Counted from the stretch's first letter, positions 28,264 to 38,402 are shown. The stretch: 64,000 bases of DNA from Patescibacteria group bacterium (GCA_028707495.1 JAQWAS010000006.1:664-64663); one strand, 5' to 3'. Notes: generated from the sequence alone by a model not told the origin. Translations and numbers: made by a program.

Positions 28264-29634
28264 ATGATTAAAAAACATTGGAGTAAAATTTTAGTTATTT
28301 TATTATTAATCGTTATTATGACGGGTGGATTTAGATGCAAGACAACTTCGCAAGAAGTCAGAGAGGCGATGAAGCCGGTTAAATTAATTTATTGGGGAGT
28401 TTGGGACACGCCCGAAGCCATCAATTTTTTAATTAATGATTATCGAGTTTTACATCCGCATGTTTCAATCGAATATAGAAAATTAAGAAACGAAGAATAT
28501 GAACAAGCCTTAAAAGAAGCTTGGTTAGATGAACGTGGTCCGGATATTTTTGCCATTCCAATTACCTGGTTAGAAGAATATAAACATCGATTATTGCCCT
28601 TACCAGATAAAATTACGATGCCATACGTTCAATTGGTTGGACCGTCGTGTAAACGTGAAGAAGAAGTTGTTTTAAAAACTCAAGCTAGTTTAAATTTAGG
28701 TGATATTCGCCAAAAATTTGTTGGCACAATTTATGATGATGTGGTTGAGGGCGAGCAGATTTATGGATTACCATTAAGCTTAGATAGCTTAGTTTTATAT
28801 TATAATCGTGATTTGTTGAATACAGCTGGTATCCCTCAACCACCAACTAATTGGACAGAATTTAAAAATCAAGTTCAAAAATTAACTTTTCAAGATGAAA
28901 AGGGCAATATTGTTCAGGCTGGGGTGGCCTTGGGTACGGCTAATAACGTCAGAAACGCGACAGATATTTTATCCCTATTAATGATGCAAAATGGAACACC
29001 GATGATTCAAGGCAGAAAGGCGACTTTTAATTTACCCTCAACTCAACGAGAAGGCTATTATCCTGGAGAAGAAGCTTTACGTTTTTATACAGATTTTGCC
29101 AATCCAGCTAAGGAAGTTTATACTTGGAATAGTCAAATGCCAGATTCTTTAGACGCTTTTATTGAAGGTCGCGTAGCTTTCTATTTTGGTTATTCGTATG
29201 ATTTGGCGACTATTCAATCTCGAGCACCTAAGTTGAATTTTAGTATCACTACCATGCCTCAAATTAAAGATAGCTTGCAAAGCGTGAACAGCGCTAATTA
29301 TTGGATTCAAACGGTTTATTGGAAAACGGAACATGCCAATGAGGCTTGGGATTTTATTCAATTTATGGCGACGAATGAAGATTCGATTAAAAAGTATTTA
29401 GATGTTGATCATCGTCCAACGGCTTTGAATAGTTTATATAATCAACAAATTGAGGACTATGATTTGCGACCATTTGTAAAACAAATTTTAACTGCCCAAA
29501 CTTGGTATAACGGTCAAAATTATCCAGTAGTTGAAGAGGCTTTTAAAGAAATGATTAATAAAGTTTTACGTGGTGAGGCGACGATTAAACAAGCAATTCT
29601 ATATGGAGTAGGGGCAGTAAATTTAACATTTTAG
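28264..29634 (+). CDS. Extracellular solute-binding protein (ABC transporter, family 1 sugar-binding type); no permease genes adjacent
   Basis: Signal peptide and a 456 aa periplasmic-binding-protein-like sequence. Confidence 0.65.
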   Translation: MIKKHWSKILVILLLIVIMTGGFRCKTTSQEVREAMKPVKLIYWGVWDTPEAINFLINDYRVLHPHVSIEYRKLRNEEYEQALKEAWLDERGPDIFAIPITWLEEYKHRLLPLPDKITMPYVQLVGPSCKREEEVVLKTQASLNLGDIRQKFVGTIYDDVVEGEQIYGLPLSLDSLVLYYNRDLLNTAGIPQPPTNWTEFKNQVQKLTFQDEKGNIVQAGVALGTANNVRNATDILSLLMMQNGTPMIQGRKATFNLPSTQREGYYPGEEALRFYTDFANPAKEVYTWNSQMPDSLDAFIEGRVAFYFGYSYDLATIQSRAPKLNFSITTMPQIKDSLQSVNSANYWIQTVYWKTEHANEAWDFIQFMATNEDSIKKYLDVDHRPTALNSLYNQQIEDYDLRPFVKQILTAQTWYNGQNYPVVEEAFKEMINKVLRGEATIKQAILYGVGAVNLTF

Positions 29635-29664
29635 AAAATTCAAAATAAAAAATTAAGAGATAAG

Positions 29665-30402
29665 ATGATATCTAAAAATTATAAAATCATAATTTCAATT
29701 CTATTGTTGTCGTTATTTTTTTTACCACAAGTTTCTCAAGCTAAATTATTGCCAACACCAACCGGCAGTTGTCCAAATAATTTAAGTTGTGTTGACGGCA
29801 AATGCAGTGGTACTACCTTAGAATGTAATTACACTCTAGATGATATTTTAAGAGGCTTTGTAGATTTTAGTGAGTGGTTATTAAAAATTTTAGGAACCAT
29901 TGCTCTGCTAATGTTTGTAGTTGGTGGGGCAATGTATTTAACGTCTGGTGGCAATGAAGAAAAAGTCAAACAAGGTACGGCTATTTTAAAGGGAACAATT
30001 ACGGGTATTATAATTGCTTTATTGGCTTGGACAATTGTGCATTTTGTTTTAGTAATTTTAAATGTAGACCCCAAATATCAAGCCGGTCTAACTGGAGCTG
30101 GGGTAAGTGATGCTTGCGGAACCACACCGGCAACATCTGGTTACGATTGTATGGAATTGACTTCATGTAACCTACCTAGTGATTTAGATTATTGTCGGAT
30201 TGATAATCAATGCTATCGAGGAATGTGTATGAGTAATTCGAGTCAGACGGTTGTGTGTTGTAAGCCGTTATCAACTTGTGGGAGCGGTAGTCGTCAATAT
30301 TGTTTTTGCCGAGAAAATTGTTTGGGCACGGATGAACATTTGTCGAGCAATGATAGTGATTGTAATTCTGGTCAGTGTTGTTGTTTAAATTATCTTCCAT
30401 AA
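29665..30402 (+). CDS. VirB2/TrbC-like pilin-family protein with Cys-rich N- and C-terminal extensions
   Basis: Core FVDFSEWLLKILGTIALLMFVVGGAMYLTSGGNEEKVKQG with a second TM helix, shared with the three downstream paralogues; about 20 Cys in the extensions. Confidence 0.6.
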   Translation: MISKNYKIIISILLLSLFFLPQVSQAKLLPTPTGSCPNNLSCVDGKCSGTTLECNYTLDDILRGFVDFSEWLLKILGTIALLMFVVGGAMYLTSGGNEEKVKQGTAILKGTITGIIIALLAWTIVHFVLVILNVDPKYQAGLTGAGVSDACGTTPATSGYDCMELTSCNLPSDLDYCRIDNQCYRGMCMSNSSQTVVCCKPLSTCGSGSRQYCFCRENCLGTDEHLSSNDSDCNSGQCCCLNYLP

Positions 30403-30415
30403 TAAATAAAAATAT

Positions 30416-30790
30416 ATGACATATAAAAAAATTATCATTGGTATTATATTAAGTCTGTCATTTTTTAATTTTTTAATTATACCAATTTTAGCACAAACGA
30501 ATGCTTCGCCAAGTACAGTATCAATATCTAATCCAATTCCAGAAAATGATCCTAAAATTTTAGTTGGTAAAATCATTAAGGCCTTTTTGGGATTTTTGGG
30601 CACAATTGCTTTGGTAATGGTTATTTACGGTGGCTTTATGTGGATGACGTCAGCCGGTAATGAAACTAAAATTGAAAAGGGTAAAAATACTTTATTGTGG
30701 GCAGTCATTGGTTTGGCGACAATATTTTTAAGTTATACTATTCTAACAATGGTTTTTAATGCTCTAGAAGGAAAACCGATTTTTGGTTAA
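30416..30790 (+). CDS. VirB2/TrbC-like pilin-family protein
   Basis: Signal peptide, GGFMWMTSAGNETKIEKGK motif, C-terminal TM helix. Confidence 0.65.
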   Translation: MTYKKIIIGIILSLSFFNFLIIPILAQTNASPSTVSISNPIPENDPKILVGKIIKAFLGFLGTIALVMVIYGGFMWMTSAGNETKIEKGKNTLLWAVIGLATIFLSYTILTMVFNALEGKPIFG

Positions 30791-31003
30791 AGATCGGCTT
30801 GTTGTGGATAGTTTTTTTGTGGTATAATAATTTAATAGTGATAATAATTAATAATATCTTTTAAAAATTTGTCTAGATTAAGGTTATAAATTAGAATCCG
30901 TTTGGGGAGGTTTAATGTTAATCAACATTGCCCACCTGAGGCGGACTAATAATTTGTAACTAAATCAAAGATTTAGACAAATTATTAGAAAGGGGGTGAA
31001 AAT

Positions 31004-31381
31004 ATGAAAATTACAAAAAAACATTTATTAGCTGGTGTCTTTTCTGTTTTTGCGATAAGTATGTTAGTTGTGCCAGCAGTTTTGGCACAGAATATGCCAA
31101 ATTTGCCTAATAGTCAATATGCAATTAGTAATTTAGAGAATCAACAAGATATTATGAATAGAATAGAAGGTATAATTAATTCTATTTTAGCCTTCTTGGG
31201 ATTTATAGCCGTTATTATTATGTTAATTGGTGGTTTTTTGTGGATGACAGCTGCTGGTAATGAAGAAAAAGTAGAAAAAGCCAAAAAAACTATTGGTGCG
31301 GGCGTAATTGGTTTAGCTATTATTTTATTATCTTGGATTATAGTCAGAATCGTTTGGTTAATTTTGATAAATCAATGGTAA
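31004..31381 (+). CDS. VirB2/TrbC-like pilin-family protein
   Basis: Signal peptide, GGFLWMTAAGNEEKVEKAK motif, C-terminal TM helix. Confidence 0.65.
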   Translation: MKITKKHLLAGVFSVFAISMLVVPAVLAQNMPNLPNSQYAISNLENQQDIMNRIEGIINSILAFLGFIAVIIMLIGGFLWMTAAGNEEKVEKAKKTIGAGVIGLAIILLSWIIVRIVWLILINQW

Positions 31382-31392
31382 AAGAATATTAA

Positions 31393-31803
31393 ATGAAAAT
31401 CGAATTTAAAAAAATATTAATTATAATATTTATTCTATTGATTTTACCAATCACAGTTTTGGCTGATAATTATGGACTTGATGTAACAGCGAACGTGGCT
31501 GGTTTAAAAAATGCAGATATAGATGTTATGGCCAGAACAGAAGAGATCATAAATGCTATTTTGGGTTTTTTAGGCTTTATAATGGTATGTTTAATAATAT
31601 ATAGTGGTTTTATGTGGATGACTTCGACTGGTAATGAAGAAAAAATTACTAAAGCTAAAAATACATTGAAAGCGTCTATTATCGGTTTTGCTATTATTAT
31701 GCTAGCCTGGGTAATAATTACGGTTGTTTGGGGTGTCTTAGTCGGCGAACCAATTTTTAGTGGAGGTACGGGTGTGACCGGTGGAATAAATGTACCTCAC
31801 TAA
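31393..31803 (+). CDS. VirB2/TrbC-like pilin-family protein
   Basis: Signal peptide, SGFMWMTSTGNEEKITKAK motif, C-terminal TM helix, Gly-rich tail. Confidence 0.65.
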   Translation: MKIEFKKILIIIFILLILPITVLADNYGLDVTANVAGLKNADIDVMARTEEIINAILGFLGFIMVCLIIYSGFMWMTSTGNEEKITKAKNTLKASIIGFAIIMLAWVIITVVWGVLVGEPIFSGGTGVTGGINVPH

Positions 31804-31822
31804 AAAGTAATTAGTATAAAAA

Positions 31823-31860
31823 AAATAACAGATTGAATTTAATCTGTTATTTTTTTATTT
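31823..31860. terminator. Bidirectional hairpin terminator (aacagattgaatttaatctgtt flanked by A/T runs)
   Basis: Perfect 8-bp stem with a T-tract on both strands, between convergent genes. Confidence 0.6.
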
Positions 31861-31865
31861 AAAAA

Positions 31866-32588
31866 TTATTGGATTTGGATTTTTAATCTTATAGTTTCTT
31901 TTAAATATTGTAAAATGGTTTTTAGTAAATTGACTCGACTATGACGAATCTTTTTATCAGCGTTATCAGACCATTCAACAGAGATTTCTTGTATTTTATA
32001 ATTAAGTTTTATAGACCGGATTAATAGTTCCGAGTCAAAGAACCATGAATCGTTTTTTACGTTTGGTAAAATATTTTTGATAATTTCATAATCGAAAGCT
32101 TTAAAGCCACAGGGATAATCGTTAATTTTAAGACCAAAAACCCAATTTATTATTATAGTATTTATTTTCGACAACAAAGTTCTTAACTGTGACCTATCTA
32201 TTTTTGACGCAGTTAAATATCTAGAGCCAATAGTTATATTAGCCTTTTGTAAGATTATAGGTTCTATCAAATTTTTTAAATAAGACAAATCGGTTGCCAG
32301 GTCTGCGTCCATAAAACAATTGATACTGGCTGGATATTTATTCCAGGCAGTTCTGATAGCTAGTCCCTTGCCTTTATTGTTTGTATATGTGTATTTTATG
32401 TTTAAGTATTTTTTTTCTAAAATTTGAGAAATTTGACCGGTTTTGTCTGACGAATTATTGTCAGCAATTATTATTTGATAGTCATGAGAATATAAATTTT
32501 TCTGACAGAAATCTAATATTTTCAAAATATTCTGTTCTAAAATTTTTTCTTCATTATAAACAGGGACGACAATGGAAATTTTTTTCAT
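31866..32588 (-). CDS. Family 2 glycosyltransferase (polyprenyl-phosphate sugar synthase, DPM1/ArnC-like)
   Basis: KISIVVPVYNEE... DNNSSDKT ... FMDADL GT-A fold motifs, 240 aa. Confidence 0.85.
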   Translation of the reverse strand: MKKISIVVPVYNEEKILEQNILKILDFCQKNLYSHDYQIIIADNNSSDKTGQISQILEKKYLNIKYTYTNNKGKGLAIRTAWNKYPASINCFMDADLATDLSYLKNLIEPIILQKANITIGSRYLTASKIDRSQLRTLLSKINTIIINWVFGLKINDYPCGFKAFDYEIIKNILPNVKNDSWFFDSELLIRSIKLNYKIQEISVEWSDNADKKIRHSRVNLLKTILQYLKETIRLKIQIQ

Positions 32589-32600
32589 TTATTTTTTAAT

Positions 32601-34112
32601 TTAATTTTTTTTTGGGGTAAAAAGGTAATAATTGTGACAAGATGGACAGTCGCCGCCTATTTTTTCTTTCAATAAATAGTTATTTTTAATTAATTTAATA
32701 GTTGAATAATTGAATCTTCCCAAGATTCCATTTATTATTTTACTGTCGTCAAATATATTAGTTTCTAAGATAATAAGATTTAATTTTTGATCAACAATTT
32801 GATTATTGAAGTCATCTAATTTTTTAATATTTGATCTGTCGAGCTGAGAAAGCATAAAAATATCTATAGGGGTGCCTTTATTTGTTAATAAAGATAGTGT
32901 TGCGTTTTCACTGAAAATAGGTGCATTAACTTGATCTATTCTTTTTAAAGTTTCCAAATTAATATGTTTTAAATAATTTAAAAAAACATGACTATTTTTA
33001 TAAAGATTTACAGGAATGCAAATAAGATCAAAAATTAAAATAGTTGATATAATGACTACGAAAATATTTTTATAATTGCTATATGTTACAAATTTAATTG
33101 TATCGTCAATAAATAAAGATGCACAGATTGAGAGAAAAATTATTATTTCAATAAAATAATTAGTATTAGATCCAAGTCTAACTAACGTTATAAATGTTAA
33201 AAAAAGGGATATAATGGCATAGATAATTAACAAGTAGAAAGATTTTTTATTTTTAAATAAGTTAATAAACAAAAAAGTTCCTCCAAATAGATAAATTAAC
33301 AGGTCAATTAAGGCAGATTCGTGTATTCTAAATAAAACCATAGATAAATCCATAACAGAACCAGACGTTAAATATTTAAAAATGTGCAATGTAAATTGGT
33401 TTTGGGTAAGTAGATTTAAAACAACAATACCCGATAAAAGGGAAATAAAAAATATCGAGGTGAACTTAATTAGTTTTTTATATTCCTTGTTAATAAATAA
33501 ATATATTATAAAAGCGACCGGAGCGGATATAAATGAGTGTTTAGTAAAAAAAGCTAAAACAAAAAATATTATTGATAGATATAACCAGTTTGATTTTTGA
33601 TATCTCAATATGAGATAAAAACCTATTAAACTAAAAAGGACTGCCAGCGGATCAACCCTAACGAGTGATAACCAGACTAGAATAGTTTGCGATGAGTAAA
33701 TTAAAAGAGCGGCAACAAGGGATGTGGTTTTTTTATTCGATAAAATGAATGTAATTTTATAAGCCAAGAAAACTATTAAAATTGAAATAATAAAGGAAAA
33801 GGTTCTGCCAGCTAAAAAATTTACTCCGAAAATTTTGACGAGTAAAGATAAAATAAAGATATGAATCGGTGGATAGTTAGTAGGTACGAAGAGAGGATCA
33901 TCTAATTTGCCGTATATGGTTGTATCGAGATCAAAATTGGTAGCTTGATATAATTCTAAGCCTTCAGCATAGTCTAGCTGGTATGGATATAAAATTTGTT
34001 TTATAGATATAAAAACAAAAAAGCCAAAATTTATCAGTAAAATAAAAATAATTACATATTTTATTTTTTCTGCAATGGGTTGGTCTAAAAATTTTTTAAT
34101 AATTCTCTGCAT
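32601..34112 (-). CDS. Polytopic GT-C-type membrane glycosyltransferase (PMT/ArnT-like)
   Basis: 503 aa with more than 10 TM helices, overlapping a second such gene and adjacent to the polyprenyl-phosphate GT2. Confidence 0.55.
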   Translation of the reverse strand: MQRIIKKFLDQPIAEKIKYVIIFILLINFGFFVFISIKQILYPYQLDYAEGLELYQATNFDLDTTIYGKLDDPLFVPTNYPPIHIFILSLLVKIFGVNFLAGRTFSFIISILIVFLAYKITFILSNKKTTSLVAALLIYSSQTILVWLSLVRVDPLAVLFSLIGFYLILRYQKSNWLYLSIIFFVLAFFTKHSFISAPVAFIIYLFINKEYKKLIKFTSIFFISLLSGIVVLNLLTQNQFTLHIFKYLTSGSVMDLSMVLFRIHESALIDLLIYLFGGTFLFINLFKNKKSFYLLIIYAIISLFLTFITLVRLGSNTNYFIEIIIFLSICASLFIDDTIKFVTYSNYKNIFVVIISTILIFDLICIPVNLYKNSHVFLNYLKHINLETLKRIDQVNAPIFSENATLSLLTNKGTPIDIFMLSQLDRSNIKKLDDFNNQIVDQKLNLIILETNIFDDSKIINGILGRFNYSTIKLIKNNYLLKEKIGGDCPSCHNYYLFTPKKN

Positions 34113-35757
34113 TTTTTATTTTGTAGATTTTAACTTCTAAGTCTTCATAGGCAAGTATAAATTTAGCATTATTATTTAAAACCTTATCGAGCTCTATGTG
34201 ACGATTTTTTTCTAAAAAGATATAAGAAGAATTAAAATTGTTTTTTATAATTTCAGACAGATTGTAATCATTGATATCTAATTTTTTATTATTTTTAAAA
34301 TTTTTTTTATAGTCAGTATTAATAGGTGGATTGCCCCACACAAGATTTTCCCATTGCCAATATAGATTTTTATCATAGTTATACATAAATGTTGGGTCTA
34401 AACCAACTAAATAATTATTTTGATCGTTGTGATAAAAGAGGGCGGGAAATTCGTCCCAGCAACTGTGGAAGATGGTTGATTTTAAAGGGGTGTTGTCTTT
34501 AAGCCATTGGCTACTGTATTTAAATTTATTTAAGTCAAAACCATTGGTAATATTTTTTTGAGTATCGATAATAACTCTAACTAAGCCAAAATAAACAAAA
34601 AACCCCATGCCGATAATCAAATAAATAGTTATTATAGATAAAATAAAACGTTGTGGTCCTAAAAAGCTATGCTTAATTTTTTGTATGATCGATTTATAAT
34701 TGACGGTTGGCCAAAAATTATTTAAAGAGTAGCCAATGGCGAGAATAGTAAGGGGTACAAAATATTCTACATAGCGACCAGATTTTAGTGTTGCCAAACA
34801 AAAAATAATCGATAAAAATAACAAACTAAAAACTTTTTTAGATTTATTTCTTTGATTAGAGGACCAGATGAAAGAAAAAATCCATAGAATCATTATAATA
34901 ATTAGTACATAAAGTAATGATAAGCCATTATATGGATACCACTCCATACCGACTGAAATTTTATTGCCATAATTTAAAATACCTATTTTAAAAATTTGTT
35001 GCCAATAAAAATTTATATTTTGTGGAAAATATGGATTAATTATTATTCCCAAAATCGATCCGGATAAGGTTGATAGGATTAATTTAATTTTTTGTTTTGC
35101 AAATAAGTTTTTAAAAGTTTCTGATAAAAATTTATTATAATCTTTGTAATTTGCTGATAACGAGATTATAAGACAATATATAATAGTTATAAAAGGTAAA
35201 AGTATCCAGCCGCCATAACTCCAAACATAAATAAAAGATAAACATAAAAGACTCCATGGCCTATTTTTAAATAGACAATAAATACCTATAAACAAAATTA
35301 TCATTGATAGGGGTTGGGCTTTTGCTAAGCTCATGCGATATAACCAGGGAGAGGCAGTTAATAAAAGGCCAAGATATAACCAAGTTGGTTTTATTTTTAG
35401 TTTTTTTAGTAACCAATAAAAAGTCAAAACAGTTAAAGTTGATAAGATGATTACGGAAAATTTTATACCGATTAGTGGGTCAGGGAAGAGAGTAATAAAG
35501 GGGATTAAAATAATATGATAAAGTAAATGATGATCTACATATTTTTCACCCGTCACAACCGTATACTGTAACCATGGGAAATTTTTTATAATTCCCTGGT
35601 CTTTCATTAAAAGAGCCATTTTGGTGTGATAAAATGAATCGGGGTCGGTTAAAGTCGGTGAAATTTGAAAATAAGAAAAAATAGTTACACTAAAAAGTAT
35701 GACTAGTAGGATTGGCAATAACTTATTTTTATAAAAAATATTTTTAATTGAAAGCAT
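34096..35757 (-). CDS. Polytopic GT-C-type membrane glycosyltransferase (PMT/ArnT-like), second copy
   Basis: 553 aa with more than 10 TM helices; 17-nt overlap with the downstream gene suggests an operon. Confidence 0.55.
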   Translation of the reverse strand: MLSIKNIFYKNKLLPILLVILFSVTIFSYFQISPTLTDPDSFYHTKMALLMKDQGIIKNFPWLQYTVVTGEKYVDHHLLYHIILIPFITLFPDPLIGIKFSVIILSTLTVLTFYWLLKKLKIKPTWLYLGLLLTASPWLYRMSLAKAQPLSMIILFIGIYCLFKNRPWSLLCLSFIYVWSYGGWILLPFITIIYCLIISLSANYKDYNKFLSETFKNLFAKQKIKLILSTLSGSILGIIINPYFPQNINFYWQQIFKIGILNYGNKISVGMEWYPYNGLSLLYVLIIIMILWIFSFIWSSNQRNKSKKVFSLLFLSIIFCLATLKSGRYVEYFVPLTILAIGYSLNNFWPTVNYKSIIQKIKHSFLGPQRFILSIITIYLIIGMGFFVYFGLVRVIIDTQKNITNGFDLNKFKYSSQWLKDNTPLKSTIFHSCWDEFPALFYHNDQNNYLVGLDPTFMYNYDKNLYWQWENLVWGNPPINTDYKKNFKNNKKLDINDYNLSEIIKNNFNSSYIFLEKNRHIELDKVLNNNAKFILAYEDLEVKIYKIKNAENY

Positions 35758-35944
35758 AAAGAATACTATTTCTATAGTTTAGTCTTGGTAAATAAAAATT
35801 GTTTTCTCCAAGCATGGGAGAGAAAATAATTAATATAATAAAAATCAGTTTAATTGTTACTGGCTGGTACTATTATGTCGAAAGTTTGTTTTCTTATAAG
35901 TCTGGGGGTCTATAATCTTGGTAATAATTGGAAATATTTTAAAT

Positions 35945-36565
35945 TTAATTTATTACCCTTAAATTGCCTGAGTCTTCTTTTAAGATTTTTTTGTAGCGTG
36001 GATTTTTTTTGAGTGCTGGAGTGTTTTCATGTTCAACAACATAATAAGCAAAGCCTTGCATTTTTTTGACTAATTCATAATTTGCATGCCCTGGAAATTT
36101 AATTGGGTCTTTTTCTTCGAAATTAACTGGGCTGTCGTCAACAGTAGCAAAATATGTTTGGCCAGTATTGGCAAGAAGGTGGCCATATCCAGGTGGCATA
36201 TAAATTTTTTGTCCTGGTTTTGTAATAATCGCTTTAAACTCTTCTACTACGTCAGCGATCATTTCTCCTTTTTTATTGGTAGCTAATTTTTGGAGGAGGG
36301 CGACACCTTCTCCAAAAATAATTTCATAATTTTCATCCAATTGTCCAACATGGTAGTGCCCATAAGTTTTAATGTATTCTCCTGAGATTGTGCCGGGTTC
36401 CCAAATGGTGATATTTTTTTGATCAGATCCTCCACGGATCATATAATAATGAATGATGGGACCTTTTCCTTTGGGGTCCATTAAAACCTCTTGCATTTTT
36501 TCATGTGTTCGCGCGGCGTAGTGTTTGGCGACATTAAGAAAATTGATATTCATATTTTTAATCAA
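35945..36565 (-). CDS. Cupin-type glucose-6-phosphate isomerase (archaeal cPGI family)
   Basis: TYGHYH, IYMPPGYGHLLANTG and C-terminal NPRYKK align with Pyrococcus cPGI (TKGHFH, VYVPPYWAHRTVNIG, PRWKK). Confidence 0.7.
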   Translation of the reverse strand: MIKNMNINFLNVAKHYAARTHEKMQEVLMDPKGKGPIIHYYMIRGGSDQKNITIWEPGTISGEYIKTYGHYHVGQLDENYEIIFGEGVALLQKLATNKKGEMIADVVEEFKAIITKPGQKIYMPPGYGHLLANTGQTYFATVDDSPVNFEEKDPIKFPGHANYELVKKMQGFAYYVVEHENTPALKKNPRYKKILKEDSGNLRVIN

Positions 36566-36857
36566 TTAAAGTTTTATATTTTTTGAGCAATGTCTTAAAA
36601 TTATTTTTATAGAATTTAACGAGTTTATTATTTCAATTTAAAAATAAAAAAAGCCATGTGCTGGCGATTAATTTTTCTAATAAATTTTAAATTGTCGAGT
36701 TGATTTTTCATTTTTATTTTCGCATATTTATTATTTAATGTTATCATATGGCTAATTTTTTGTCCAATAAAATTATTTGTTTAAAATTCCAAAAATTTGC
36801 TAACTGAGTTTTATTTTGCTACAATATGTATGATTATAAATCAAATAAATTTATTTT

Positions 36858-37577
36858 ATGTCAGGACACTCAAAATGGCACTCAATCAAGCATAAAAAGG
36901 GTGCAGCCGATGCTAAGCGGTCGGCGTTATTTACTAAATTAGCTCATACGGTGACGATTGCTGCTCGTCAAGGTGGCGGAGATATTGATATGAATCCCAA
37001 GTTAAGTTTGGCCGTAGAAAAAGCTAAGCAAGCCAATATGCCTAAAGACAATATTGATCGGGCTATTAAACGCGGGACGGGTGATGGTAGTGGTAATCAG
37101 GTTGAAGAAGTTTTGTACGAAATTTTTGGCCCAGGTGGCGTTGGTATTTTAGTTCAGGCGTTGACTAATAATAAAAATCGGACCGTATCTAATTTAAAAC
37201 ATATTTTAAGTAAGTATAATTCAACGTTAGCTGCTCAAAATAGTGTTCAGTGGATGTTTGAATTAAAAGGCGTAATTCGGTTAGCCGAGACAGAAATTAA
37301 AGATAGAGATGATTTAGAAATGAATTTAATTGAACAGGGAATTTTGGATATTATGAGCGAAGAAAATTATTTAGTTATTTATACTAAAATGGAGGATTTG
37401 CAAAAAATTGAAGCTTGGCTTAAAAATAATAGTTATCAAGTTGAATATGCTGAGATTGAATGGATTGCTAAAGAACTTATTGAAGTTGACGTAAACATAG
37501 AAGAAAAACTAAATAGATTATTAGAAAATTTAGACGAAGACGAAGATATTAGTGATTATTATACTAATGTGAAATAA
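36858..37577 (+). CDS. yebC: YebC/PmpR-family transcriptional regulator
   Basis: MSGHSKWHSIKHKKGAADAKR is the hallmark N-terminus, 239 aa. Confidence 0.9.
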   Translation: MSGHSKWHSIKHKKGAADAKRSALFTKLAHTVTIAARQGGGDIDMNPKLSLAVEKAKQANMPKDNIDRAIKRGTGDGSGNQVEEVLYEIFGPGGVGILVQALTNNKNRTVSNLKHILSKYNSTLAAQNSVQWMFELKGVIRLAETEIKDRDDLEMNLIEQGILDIMSEENYLVIYTKMEDLQKIEAWLKNNSYQVEYAEIEWIAKELIEVDVNIEEKLNRLLENLDEDEDISDYYTNVK

Positions 37578-37714
37578 TGATTAGGTTATAGGTGAGAGGT
37601 GGTAGGTTATTTTTATTATCATTTATGTCCATCAGCTGGCGCATAGATTCCTGTAGCGTCTAGAGTTAATCATATCTAAACGTTGATTTAAGAATAGATA
37701 CTTTAAAACGCTTT

Positions 37715-37812
37715 CCCCTCCTTACGAAGGAGGGGATAAAAGGGGTGGTTCTGTTTAAAACTTAGAATCAGAATCAACCACCCTCTGACCCTCTCCTTAA
37801 AAAGGAGGGGAG
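37715..37812. repeat. Cluster of three GC-rich hairpins between yebC and ruvC
   Basis: cccctcc-ttacgaa-ggagggg; gggtggttctg...cagaatcaaccaccc; ctcc-ttaaaaa-ggag(ggg). Confidence 0.5.
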
Positions 37813-37839
37813 AATTAAATAAAGTAATTAAATATAAAA

Positions 37840-38331
37840 ATGATTATTTTAGGGATAGATCCAGGTTTGGCGACACTAGGTTATGGTTTAATCGAAGTTG
37901 ATAAAAGTGAATTAAAATATCTTAAACATGGTACGATTGAAACAGCTAAAAATGAAGATCATGTCCAACGTTTATCTCAAATCTACGATCAATTAAGCAA
38001 GATCATAAAAAAATATCAACCAGAAAAGGTAGCTGTTGAAGAGCTATTTTTTTGTAAAAACACAAAAACAGCTTTAAAGGTTGGTCAGGCAGTTGGCGTA
38101 GTCTATTTGTGCTTGGCGCAAAATAAATTACGATTAGAGAGTTATACGCCGTTACAAGTTAAACAAGCTATTAGCGGTTACGGTAATGCGAATAAAAAAC
38201 AGATGCAAGATATGGTGAAAATAATTTTAAAATTAAAATCTATTCCACAACCAGATGATGCGGCCGATGGCTTAGCTTTGGCTTTATGTTGTGCTCAGAG
38301 TTTAAAATTTAAAAGTAGAATTAGAGAATAA
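37840..38331 (+). CDS. ruvC: Holliday junction resolvase RuvC
   Basis: MIILGIDPGLATLGYG catalytic Asp region, 163 aa. Confidence 0.9.
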   Translation: MIILGIDPGLATLGYGLIEVDKSELKYLKHGTIETAKNEDHVQRLSQIYDQLSKIIKKYQPEKVAVEELFFCKNTKTALKVGQAVGVVYLCLAQNKLRLESYTPLQVKQAISGYGNANKKQMQDMVKIILKLKSIPQPDDAADGLALALCCAQSLKFKSRIRE

Positions 38332-38345
38332 ATTTTTTAAAAAAT

Positions 38346-38385
38346 AAAGCAGGCAACACATTGACGTGTTGCCTGCTTTATTTTT
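38346..38385. terminator. Bidirectional intrinsic terminator (aaagcaggcaacac...gtgttgcctgcttt)
   Basis: 14-bp perfect stem flanked by A and T tracts, between convergent ruvC and smc. Confidence 0.8.
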
Positions 38386-38402
38386 TAAAATAAAATAAAA
38401 AT

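Noticed and set aside
37801-37812. GGAGGGG read as the ruvC ribosome-binding site
   Set aside because: It lies about 30 nt from the ATG, which is too far, and it is the pairing partner of an upstream CCCTCC hairpin arm.
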